Assembly: GCF_040219495.1 (NCBI RefSeq)
Contig: NZ_JAVJSK010000020.1
Coordinates: 21,293-85,292, forward strand
Length of the DNA: 64,000 bases
Direction of reading: 5' to 3'
From: Phaeodactylibacter sp.
Lineage (GTDB): Bacteria > Bacteroidota > Bacteroidia > Chitinophagales > Saprospiraceae
Position 1 is the first letter of the stretch, and each line of letters opens with the position of its first letter. A program made the position numbers and the translations under genes. Below the pieces are notes generated by a model. That model worked only from the letters and a program-made list of their open reading frames with translations. It ran no database searches and was not told the origin of the DNA. Below, one piece after another: positions 36,401-43,890 of this stretch.

Positions 36401-38319
36401 CTGTGCGGGCTTGCGCCAAAAGCTGGTGGACCGCCTTCGTGGAGGCCGACCGGAAGGCGCTTTTGCAAAAGCAGCTAAAGAGCGCCGGCGAAATTCTGGA
36501 GCTCTTCCCCAATACCCGGGAATTTGACTACCTCATCGAAGAACTGGCGCAGGATTTGCGCACTTTTGTGGCTGACACCCGCCTGTTCCCTGCTTTTGCC
36601 GTGCCGCGCGCCGCTGAGTACCTGTTCCGCGAGCTGGCACAGGACGACCATTTTGTCATCAGTGCAGAAGCCGGGCAGCTGTACCGGCAGTTTGTAGATC
36701 TGCTCTCCGGCAAAAAAGCCCTGAAGCGCTTTAAGCAATCGCTCGATGCCCTGCGAGAGCGCCCCCGGGAGCGCTACCTGCTCATCCGTAAGTGGGTGCA
36801 CGCTTTTCTGGAGGAGCAAGGGGAGGCGCAGTGGCTGCCGTATCAGGAGGAAATTGCGGCGTTGTTGTTCGCGGATGATTTTGAGAAAACACGGGTAATC
36901 GAATTGCCCACGAGCCGTCAGCTGGAAGGATTGCGGAGCGACCACCCGGTACTACAGGACGGACAGTATGCGCTCAACTTCCACGCCTTCATGGACAAGC
37001 TGGAGCGCTACTGCGGGGAAACCGTGCCCCTGTTTGAGCAATTCCAAAGCCGTAAGCGGGCACTCACAGGGGAGACGAAGGAAACCCTTCAGCTCGACAG
37101 CTTCAAGCCGCGGGTGATGAGCAGCTTTGTGCGCAACCGCCTTATCGACAAGGTGTACCTGCCCCTGTTTGGTGACAACCTCGCCAAGCAGATGGGCACG
37201 GCAGGCGAGCAGACCCGTACCGACCGCATGGGCCTGCTGCTGTTGCTGTCCCCTCCCGGCTACGGCAAGACCACGCTCATGGAGTACATCGCCAACCGCC
37301 TGGGGCTCATTTTTATGAAAATCAATGGCCCGGCGATCGGGCATCAGGTGACCTCCCTGGCACCCCAGGATGCCAATAGCATGGCTGCTGCCAAAGAGTT
37401 GGAGAAGCTTAACCTGGCCCTGGAAATGGGCGACAACGTCATGCTCTACGTAGACGACATACAGCACTGCCATCCGGAGTTTTTGCAAAAGTTCATCTCC
37501 CTCTGCGATGCGCAGCGCCGTATAGAGGGGGTGTACAAAGGCAAGGCGAAAACCTACGACCTGCGGGGCAGCCGTTTCGCTGTGGTCATGGCTGGCAACC
37601 CCTACACCGAGAGCGGCGACCGCTTCCAAATCCCGGACATGCTGGCTAACCGGGCAGATATTTACAACCTGGGAGACATCATCGGTGACTCTGCAGCGGC
37701 CTTCAAGCTCAGCTATCTGGAGAACGCCCTGACTTCCAACTCGACCCTGGCACAACTTGCCGGCAAGAGCACGAAGGATGTGCACACGCTCATCCAAAGC
37801 GTGGAAACCGGGCAGCTCGAAGGGTTGGAATATGAAGGCAGCCACAGCACTCAGGAGCTGACCGATTACCGGAAGGTGCTGCAGCTGCTGCTGAAAGTGC
37901 GCGATGTGGTATTGACCGTCAATCAGGCGTACATCCGCTCCGCAGCGATGGCCGATGACTACCGCACAGAGCCGGCGTTCAAGCTGCAAGGCTCCTACCG
38001 CAACATGAACAAGCTGGCGGAGAAGATCGCCCCCATCATGAACGAGTCGGAGCTGCGTACCCTGCTCCTCGCCCACTACGAAGGCGAAGTGCAAACGCTG
38101 ACCGCAGACGCCGAGGCCAATTTCCTCAAGCTGAAGGAACTGCTCGGCTGGCAAAGCCCGGCGGAGGCAGAGCGCTGGTCGGCAATTAAAGCGGCATTCC
38201 AGAAAAAACAGCGCTTCGGCGGGGCGGGCGGCAGCGACCGCATGTCGCAGGTCATCGCACAGATGGATGCCTTTAATGAAGGGCTGGCGGGGATACGGCA
38301 GGCGTTGGAGGCGGAGTAA
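33493..38319 (+). CDS. Giant (1608 aa) coiled-coil protein with a single C-terminal AAA+ ATPase module
   Basis: One uninterrupted ORF. It has a beta-rich N-terminal ~400 aa and a long coiled coil at about aa 470-800. Walker A is LLLLSPPGYGKTTLMEYI, Walker B is VMLYVDDIQHCHPEF, and sensor-like motifs are VVMAGNPYTE and NRADIYNLGD. Confidence 0.85.
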   Translation: MTQTTTYDIIRNRLQQQADELRNRLQQLNTARKDVFGAVESALIANDRITTGNYCTARDIVAVGEHCILGYNVHLGLRSGIALPDVFSVYRFTGKGFEAQDFSLLQNEGFQTDFLNLYRYYKEACFARFAQRGRYLYMVFQLKPGSPDFKAFKWLRTDDGLQYVDNRSDQEVRFPNQYEFRWQQAGRDEQRHGRHPHVSILDRVFVETTGGDLTIKVEDNTDDGRGIYQEAVEYKDQTLDDAEFAYADLGHLIALRIKPYQEDYRYFVFNEKMQTVERVAALADSGVLLPDQQGLIFANGYYLQTGEYKLFDHSPTGLLFKKRVASPNGEDFLFVFYGADSGTYLLLHYNIISQEVATPILCQGFTLFPNGELVYFKAEEEPTKHHVLQIWQTPFLEGEAIPSGHTDAYLYKVGNKDIVRAMAECQEVLTLTGKEDAYANLYDELVKRTTDVLDRYYWIDQPDAFQIDEPLKTLRQTANTAIEEYEKKRSAERRDKAEMERVAQASQARFDNIRRASFDSIEDFVDNLGGLRALRGEIAGMRELRYADLEQVDALEEQAQKAQSQLAEDCITFLLEDNALQPYRKQIEAEAAHIPQLETARQAEELEAVFDKIGQALELLIEIVSNLKIEDATQTTRIIDGISALFTLLNQHKAAVKQRGKQFRTQESKAEFDAQLKLLDQSIINYLDLADTPEKCDDYLTRLMVQLEELEGKFAEVDAFVTELSVKREEVYAALESRKNSLVEARNSRTANLAKAADRILAGMQKRAAAFKEEAEVNSFFAADLMVEKVRGLIRQLQELDDSNKANAVQTQLKTLKEDTLRSLRDRKELFEEGENIIRLGQHRFSVNVQPLELTVVQDDGQLLYHLTGTNFYEPIEDEALLHTQAVWQQSLISENPEVCRSEYLAYQLYREHPDWPVKTEALLPLVTKAAGQRYAEGYTKGIHDADATIMLSTLLEMSQGIGLLRFPPTVRACAKSWWTAFVEADRKALLQKQLKSAGEILELFPNTREFDYLIEELAQDLRTFVADTRLFPAFAVPRAAEYLFRELAQDDHFVISAEAGQLYRQFVDLLSGKKALKRFKQSLDALRERPRERYLLIRKWVHAFLEEQGEAQWLPYQEEIAALLFADDFEKTRVIELPTSRQLEGLRSDHPVLQDGQYALNFHAFMDKLERYCGETVPLFEQFQSRKRALTGETKETLQLDSFKPRVMSSFVRNRLIDKVYLPLFGDNLAKQMGTAGEQTRTDRMGLLLLLSPPGYGKTTLMEYIANRLGLIFMKINGPAIGHQVTSLAPQDANSMAAAKELEKLNLALEMGDNVMLYVDDIQHCHPEFLQKFISLCDAQRRIEGVYKGKAKTYDLRGSRFAVVMAGNPYTESGDRFQIPDMLANRADIYNLGDIIGDSAAAFKLSYLENALTSNSTLAQLAGKSTKDVHTLIQSVETGQLEGLEYEGSHSTQELTDYRKVLQLLLKVRDVVLTVNQAYIRSAAMADDYRTEPAFKLQGSYRNMNKLAEKIAPIMNESELRTLLLAHYEGEVQTLTADAEANFLKLKELLGWQSPAEAERWSAIKAAFQKKQRFGGAGGSDRMSQVIAQMDAFNEGLAGIRQALEAE

Positions 38320-38388
38320 TTGTAAGTAAGTACCCGCAAAGCAGGCAGAAAAACTGCTCTGTAAAAGAGAATGATGTAGCACTTTATC

Positions 38389-38423
38389 GCGGAGGCTGGC
38401 TGGAAGGTCAGTCTCCGCTTTCT
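38389..38423 (+). terminator. Putative intrinsic terminator of the flotillin/AAA+ operon
   Basis: gcggag...(18-nt loop)...ctccgc followed by tttct, about 70 nt after the stop. The sequence becomes AT-rich immediately afterwards. Confidence 0.55.
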
Positions 38424-39037
38424 ATTAAATGGTTTAGCGAAAAGCAGAAGCCTTACTGGCTTTTCCTCTGAACGAAAAAAACTTCAAAAAATCAGGATTG
38501 GTTGGGAACGCTTTCAATTCCATTCCCGTTAATATCAATAACACTGCAACTATCCTGCCAATTTTATTAGAAAAAACAGATGAAGTATTTATATTTTATC
38601 CTTTTATCTAGTCATTTTACCACTAATACGTAAAAAGCCACTGTAGATGCTCCAATTTATATGCATTGATACAGTACGCTTTAAAACGGAAAACCGAAGC
38701 AAAAAATTTACTGAAGATTACTACGCTGAGCTAGTCTGCCATGCGCCTGCTCAGGGCTAAACTTGTTTTGCTAAAAGCCTGGAATCAGCGCCCCGATAAG
38801 GCAAGTACAGCGCTGACAGCAGCCTGACCCATGCCTGCAACCCACGCATACAATGTACGTGATGTAAAAACCACGGTGCAAACGAATAGCAATTACCTAC
38901 AAAAGAAGTACACCAAGCTTAAACAGGCTTAGGTAACGGCTCAAAAAGCCGAACCTATCTAACCTGCGATGCCTGCCCAACGGCAAGACCACACCGGGCA
39001 GGCCTGTACTACCTATTCTTTCATTATAAACCTACTA

Positions 39038-39361
39038 ATGATGAAAACACTATTGCTATTCGTTACGATTTTGGGGCTAGCTGCAACTGCTAATCCTTAT
39101 GCATCCAACCACTTGCAATCAGAGGAGACGCTTGGAGGGAGTATTACTTTAGAAAACGTTGTAGTACTACTTACTACTACCAACGACCCGAGCGAGAATA
39201 TTCTCACTATTGAGGTTTATGACGGTGCAATGGTCGTGATGTCTTTTACCGGTTGTGGAGCATCTGTTTGCAGGAATAACATCTCGCTCCTGGCTAACGG
39301 GACTTATTCCGTTGTTGTTACTACAGATGCCGGATCCTTTAGCGGAGGTATTACAAAGTAG
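39038..39361 (+). CDS. Small secreted hypothetical protein
   Basis: An internal Met gives the signal peptide MMKTLLLFVTILGLAATANPYA. Lies in the AT-rich island. The longer ORF from 38969 lacks a signal sequence context. Confidence 0.5.
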   Translation: MMKTLLLFVTILGLAATANPYASNHLQSEETLGGSITLENVVVLLTTTNDPSENILTIEVYDGAMVVMSFTGCGASVCRNNISLLANGTYSVVVTTDAGSFSGGITK

Positions 39362-40787
39362 GCCCTTTACCCTTGGCCAGCACTTGTTCGCCCCAGACCT
39401 GATCAATCAGCGGCCAGCCTTGTATCCGTTCACTGGTAAAGGGTTGGCTGTTTTGACTACAACTCAGCAAATCGTCAAAAAAGCTCATTAATCCTTGTTG
39501 TACATGTGGTGGATACTGACTGCGGGTTACGTACCCCCTAACGCTTCGGATTTGACGCTCCAAAGCTATAAACTCCTGATTTTCGAAATAAATTTTGCTC
39601 AAAATCTTATCAGAACCAATTCTCATAGCAAAATTAGAGTAGTTGGTTTTACTGTAGAGTACCGAGCGCTGGAAAATATGAATGTATTGGTGCGCGTTAG
39701 AGATATCCCCACGATATAGCGCTAAATAAGCCAATGAAAAATACCTATATGCTTTCCGCTCTTTCCTTGAAGCCAAGGCTACTTTATCCCAGTTCCGATT
39801 CAGAAAACCTGAAAACCAGCCTATTTCCCCGGATATCACTGCTGCACTCATAGCACCATTTATTCTATTTAGCATTATGATGTGTCCGTCATTCAAATGG
39901 AGATTACGGTCCTCAAGTTGCTTAATGATTTTAACCAATTCTCCGGCAAACCGGCGGTCTTTATTGATGTTTAATCGGTCAACACAGTAATTAAATAAGG
40001 TTGCCCAATATTGTTTTTGGTAAACATTGGCTACTTCTTTATCAAAACCGTTTGGTTCCTTAGCTATTTCCAGATATTCTTCCGGAGGGCATTGGTCAAG
40101 GACTCGAACCAATTGACCAAAGTGTTTAATATTTTCATCTTTTGTCTGCCCTACTATAGTTTGAATCTTCTCGCGGATATCCTCAACATTCTCTTCTTCT
40201 CCTCCGTATACTTTAATCCGATTATAGGTCTCTAAAAGAAGGCTCATTCGCATATAATCACTAAATTTTTCCAGCGCGCTGCCCCACTTTCTCATATCTG
40301 CATACCCCAGCTGAGCATTACTCCTTTCCTCTTCAGACCTAGCTTTTATCAAAATATGCTGCCCAAGCGTCTCTCCCAAGTAAGGGCCAATGATTTGTTC
40401 TTCGTGACTGTACTGCTCCTTTTCCAATTCCCGCAAATGGTAGTCGAGGTGTTTTCTAAGCCCCAGGTGATCATATTTACCTGCCAACAGAATATGCTTG
40501 AGGCGGGGTTCTTTGTCCAGTGCATCCAATAGCAGATACCGCTCCAGAGCGCGCAGTACACGAGTTTTAAATTTGTTAGCCGCCAATGGCTTCATTGCAT
40601 TGGCTTCCCAGAACGCGGCCTCGCCCTGCGGAAACCTGCGGTTGACGATTTCTTCCGTATACCGTTGCACCAAATCCCGATCATTTTGTGACAGGTTATT
40701 TTCCTTCAGTTCCATTGTTAATAAAAAGCTACGCCTGTCAGCCGGGCTTAGCCGTTCAAAAACCTCATATAGCTTACTTTTCCGCAT
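39351..40787 (-). CDS. Hypothetical all-helical protein (478 aa) in the AT-rich island
   Basis: Long clean ORF in a visibly AT-rich stretch. No catalytic motif recognised. Confidence 0.7.
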   Translation of the reverse strand: MRKSKLYEVFERLSPADRRSFLLTMELKENNLSQNDRDLVQRYTEEIVNRRFPQGEAAFWEANAMKPLAANKFKTRVLRALERYLLLDALDKEPRLKHILLAGKYDHLGLRKHLDYHLRELEKEQYSHEEQIIGPYLGETLGQHILIKARSEEERSNAQLGYADMRKWGSALEKFSDYMRMSLLLETYNRIKVYGGEEENVEDIREKIQTIVGQTKDENIKHFGQLVRVLDQCPPEEYLEIAKEPNGFDKEVANVYQKQYWATLFNYCVDRLNINKDRRFAGELVKIIKQLEDRNLHLNDGHIIMLNRINGAMSAAVISGEIGWFSGFLNRNWDKVALASRKERKAYRYFSLAYLALYRGDISNAHQYIHIFQRSVLYSKTNYSNFAMRIGSDKILSKIYFENQEFIALERQIRSVRGYVTRSQYPPHVQQGLMSFFDDLLSCSQNSQPFTSERIQGWPLIDQVWGEQVLAKGKGPTL

Positions 40788-41080
40788 AAGTCCGAAATTA
40801 ACAATAGAACAAAATAAACCTTAAAAAACTGATAAACAAATATTTAAACATTAATTATACAAGAATAAATCAAACCGAAACCCCAATGTCTTAGTACCTC
40901 TACCGAGACACTTAACCGTATGTTTAGTGGAGCATTATTTAAATAATGTCTCTCAGTTGACTCCCTGATGACCGCATTGGTCATCAGGGCTACTGAAAAA
41001 ATCAGATACACTCAGTTCATCCGGCAGACCAGAAATGGGAAGCCGGTTTTTCTACCCTAAAAAACTAAACACACTTTGGT

Positions 41081-41117
41081 AAGCAGGCTGAACTTAGGAT
41101 ACAGCCTGCTTTTTTTA
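41081..41117 (+). terminator. Strong hairpin plus T-tract (possibly a bidirectional terminator) abutting the ENPP gene stop
   Basis: aagcaggctg-aacttaggata-cagcctgctt followed by tttttta on the plus strand. An A-tract precedes it on the minus strand. Confidence 0.5.
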
Positions 41118-41122
41118 TTTGC

Positions 41123-42403
41123 CTACTTTAGCGCGCTTTTCAGGACTTCTAACTGCCCGTCAATACCTTTCGGCACCGGCAATCCCAGGATTTCACAAAC
41201 CAGAGGGTAGACATGCACATTGCGGAATGAGGGTATGGTAAGCCCCTGCCGAAATGCCGGGCCCTTAGCATAAAAGATAGCGTGCATTTCCGGAAACTCC
41301 GGGTGGAAGCCGTGCTCGCCGCCCTGGGAAAACTTCCCGCTTTTGACCAACTGAATGCGGCGGCTGTTGGCCAGGTAGTAGCCATACGCCGGGTAGAGGA
41401 TAAAATCACCAAGGCGGGGGTCAGATTTATCGCTGTAGTGCGGGAATTCAGCAATGGGATATACTTCCAGCGGCAGTCCCTCTGATTTTTCTTTCATGAA
41501 GGCTAAAGCTTCTTCCGGATCGGCACCGTCTTCCAGGTAGATATGCGCCAGGGCACCGTTGTTGGCTACCCGGTAGCGGCTGTCTTGCAGCAGGGGATCG
41601 ATGTTGACCAGTTTCTCGGGGCCGACATCAATCATGCCATGATCTGAGACCATAATGATATTCACGGGCAGCCCCGAGGCTTCCACACCGTCAAATAACT
41701 TGCCCAATGCCCAGTCCAGCTTCATCAGTGCAGCGCGGATAGCTTCATCGTCGGAAGGGCCGTGGCGGTGTCCGGTGTCGTCCATATCAGAGAAGTAAAG
41801 GGTGATCATATGCGGGCGCTCCGCTTCCGGCAACTCCAGCCAGTCGAGGACCTGCTGTACCCGGTCTTCATTGGGGACACTACCGTCGTAGGGGTAATAG
41901 TAACTCGGCCGCACGCCCTGAATATCGGCTTCCGAGCCCACAAAGAAAAAGCTGGCTGCCTTCATCCCGTTTTGCGCTGCATTCACCCAAAGGGGCGTCC
42001 CGTTGTACCAGCTCCCATCCTCCACTACATCCCGGTTACTGATGCGGTACAGCTGTGCCCTTTCCGGATCGTAGAAAGAGTTGTCCACCAGTCCGTTGTG
42101 CTCCGGCAGCAGACCCGTCGCAATCGCATAGTGGTTGGGGAAGGTCTTGGACGGGAAACTCGGGATCATGGAATAGGCCTGCACGCCCTGAGCAATCAAT
42201 TTTGTGATGTTAGGCGGCCGGAAACGCGCCGTATAGTCCCACCGATAGCCATCGCAGGAAATCAGGATGACGTAGGGATGATCAGCCGGGACATTGGCTT
42301 TTTCCTGGGTGAAAGCCGTTAAGGCAAAATGGGCGCTGAAAAACAGGAGGAGGAGTGAACGAAGCATAAGTTTCTGATTTGAGTGCAAAAATAAGAAAAC
42401 CAC
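41123..42403 (-). CDS. Ectonucleotide pyrophosphatase/phosphodiesterase (alkaline-phosphatase superfamily, NPP family)
   Basis: Signal peptide, then VILISCDGYRWDY, FPSKTFPNHYAIATGLLPEHNGLVDNSFYDP, DDTGHRHGP and VSDHGM. Confidence 0.9.
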   Translation of the reverse strand: MVFLFLHSNQKLMLRSLLLLFFSAHFALTAFTQEKANVPADHPYVILISCDGYRWDYTARFRPPNITKLIAQGVQAYSMIPSFPSKTFPNHYAIATGLLPEHNGLVDNSFYDPERAQLYRISNRDVVEDGSWYNGTPLWVNAAQNGMKAASFFFVGSEADIQGVRPSYYYPYDGSVPNEDRVQQVLDWLELPEAERPHMITLYFSDMDDTGHRHGPSDDEAIRAALMKLDWALGKLFDGVEASGLPVNIIMVSDHGMIDVGPEKLVNIDPLLQDSRYRVANNGALAHIYLEDGADPEEALAFMKEKSEGLPLEVYPIAEFPHYSDKSDPRLGDFILYPAYGYYLANSRRIQLVKSGKFSQGGEHGFHPEFPEMHAIFYAKGPAFRQGLTIPSFRNVHVYPLVCEILGLPVPKGIDGQLEVLKSALK

Positions 42404-42486
42404 AGGCCCGTTTGTTACATTTTAGCTCCGGAGTTGCCTGCCCCGTACCGAAAATCATATCTTTAAGGACAGACAACCCAACCTTC

Positions 42487-42891
42487 ATGCAGCGCCTGTT
42501 CCAACCTGTAGACATTGCTTCCCTCATTCTACTCCGTATCGTATTTGGCATACTGGGGTTTGCCGATGTTTTCGGTACCTGGATTTACTACCACATGATG
42601 AAAGGGGCCTTCGACCCGGAAGCTTTTCAATTTAAATATTACGGTTTCGAATGGGTACAGCCATTGCCGGAGCCATTCATGTCTGTACTCCTCCTCAGTA
42701 TTTGTGCTTGCGCGATTCTGGTCATGCTGGGCAAATGGTACCACATCTCGGCGACGCTGTTTGCCTTTGGCTTCACGTACACCTATTTCCTGGAAAAGGC
42801 CCACTATCTCAACCACGGCTACCTCTTCTGCTGGATCGCTTTTCTAATGATTTTCCTCCCTGTCGACCGGCAGCTGTCGCTCGATGTTAAG
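42487..42891 (+). pseudogene. Truncated 5' copy (first 135 codons) of the HTTM-domain gene at 47340
   Basis: 128 of 135 aa are identical to 47340..47744 by manual comparison. Homology stops at ..PVDRQLSLDVK, and the reading frame then runs into antisense LysE-like sequence. Confidence 0.8.
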
Positions 42892-42894
42892 CGC

Positions 42895-43277
42895 CCCCAG
42901 CACAGTAGTCTGGGTGAACATGCCCGGGATGTTAACCAGATTGAAGAACGAAACAAAAAAGCCTTTCAGCAACGGCTGCCCTTTTTGCTCACTCGCTTGA
43001 ATCGTTTGCTTTCGTAAAGCCTGCAGTCCGAAAAAAGCACTTAGCGCCAGAAACAGCAGTATGGCCCCCTGCCGCAGATAGTTGAGGCAGCCCGGCAAAT
43101 ACAATGGCGATATAGGCATGGATAAACACGGCTACAGAAGCACCGAGGTTGAAGCGCAATGCTGCACTGGCGCCCCGCCGCAGGTATTCGCAGGCAGCAG
43201 TTACGTTTACCATCGGGCAGCAGCATGGTGAGCATGGTCACCACACAACCCAGTAAGCTATGTGTCAGGCAGGTCAT
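42895..43277 (-). pseudogene. Frameshifted, truncated 5' copy of the LysE-family gene at 52810..53424
   Basis: Three minus-strand frames together spell MTCLTHSLLGCVVTMLTMLLP / VNVTAACEYLRRGASAALRFNLGASVAVFIHAYIAIVFAG / NYLRQGAILLFLALSAFFGLQALRKQTIQASEQKGQPLLKGFFVSFFNLVNIPGMF. These parallel the intact protein, with indels. Confidence 0.75.
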
Positions 43278-43436
43278 GGGAGGCAAAGGTAGAGAAAAAG
43301 GGAATGACTTTACTTTTGCCCTTGCTCGTCTATCTAATTGTAATAAGCCTGCAGCACATACATCAGACCCCATACCTGAACCTTGCATATGTCAACAATA
43401 ACCATTATTTTCATTTGAGAATCAAACGCGTTCGCT

Positions 43437-43685
43437 ATGACTCCAAAAACCAGAATCCAGCTAGCTCAGCTTTATGGCTTTTCTACCCGTACACTTTCCA
43501 ATCGCTTAAAAGCTATAGGTATTGAGCTGCCTGCCCGGCAGTTGATCAGTATCGCCAAGCAAATCGAGATTTATGCTCATCTGGGCATCCCAACCTGCTT
43601 ACAGGAAGCTGAGGCGAGAAAGATTAAACCAAAAGTCTTGGCTTATTGCCGTGCAAGAGGGATAACAGATACCTGGCGTTTCTGA
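43437..43685 (+). CDS. Small DUF4248-like HTH protein
   Basis: 82 aa. The pattern LAQLYG.S.RTLSNRL......LISIAKQIEIYAHLGIP resembles remembered DUF4248 proteins of Bacteroidota accessory DNA. Confidence 0.5.
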   Translation: MTPKTRIQLAQLYGFSTRTLSNRLKAIGIELPARQLISIAKQIEIYAHLGIPTCLQEAEARKIKPKVLAYCRARGITDTWRF

Positions 43686-43825
43686 TATTTTCCAATGATT
43701 TCCAATTAATTCAAATTGGTTCAATACTGGGGTCTTTCATTTGTTCGCGGTTTAGTCGAGCTTTGGTTTATTATTCAAATTTCTTATTTCAAATCCATCT
43801 TTTATGGATAACACTAATCTATTTT

Positions 43826-43857
43826 GGATCAATGGATCACTGGATCAATGGATCACT
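43826..43857. repeat. Tandem repeat (ggatcaatggatcact)x2, i.e. four GGATCA octamers and four GATC sites at 8-bp spacing
   Basis: Read directly from the sequence. Lies 34 nt upstream of the likely start (43891) of the T9SS cargo gene. Confidence 0.85.
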
Positions 43858-43890
43858 ACGCTAAATCACAGGTCCCCCCTGTTTAAGGGA

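Noticed and set aside
33721-38382. Long minus-strand ORFs (328, 333, 156 and 476 aa) antisense to the 1608-aa AAA+ gene
   Set aside because: They are shadow frames in GC-rich coding sequence with no motifs. The plus-strand ORF is continuous and carries Walker A/B motifs.
42379-43017. 212-aa ORF that looks like an intact small membrane protein
   Set aside because: It is a chimera. The N-terminal extension overlaps the ENPP gene, residues 37-171 are the truncated HTTM copy, and the tail is antisense read-through into the LysE fragment.
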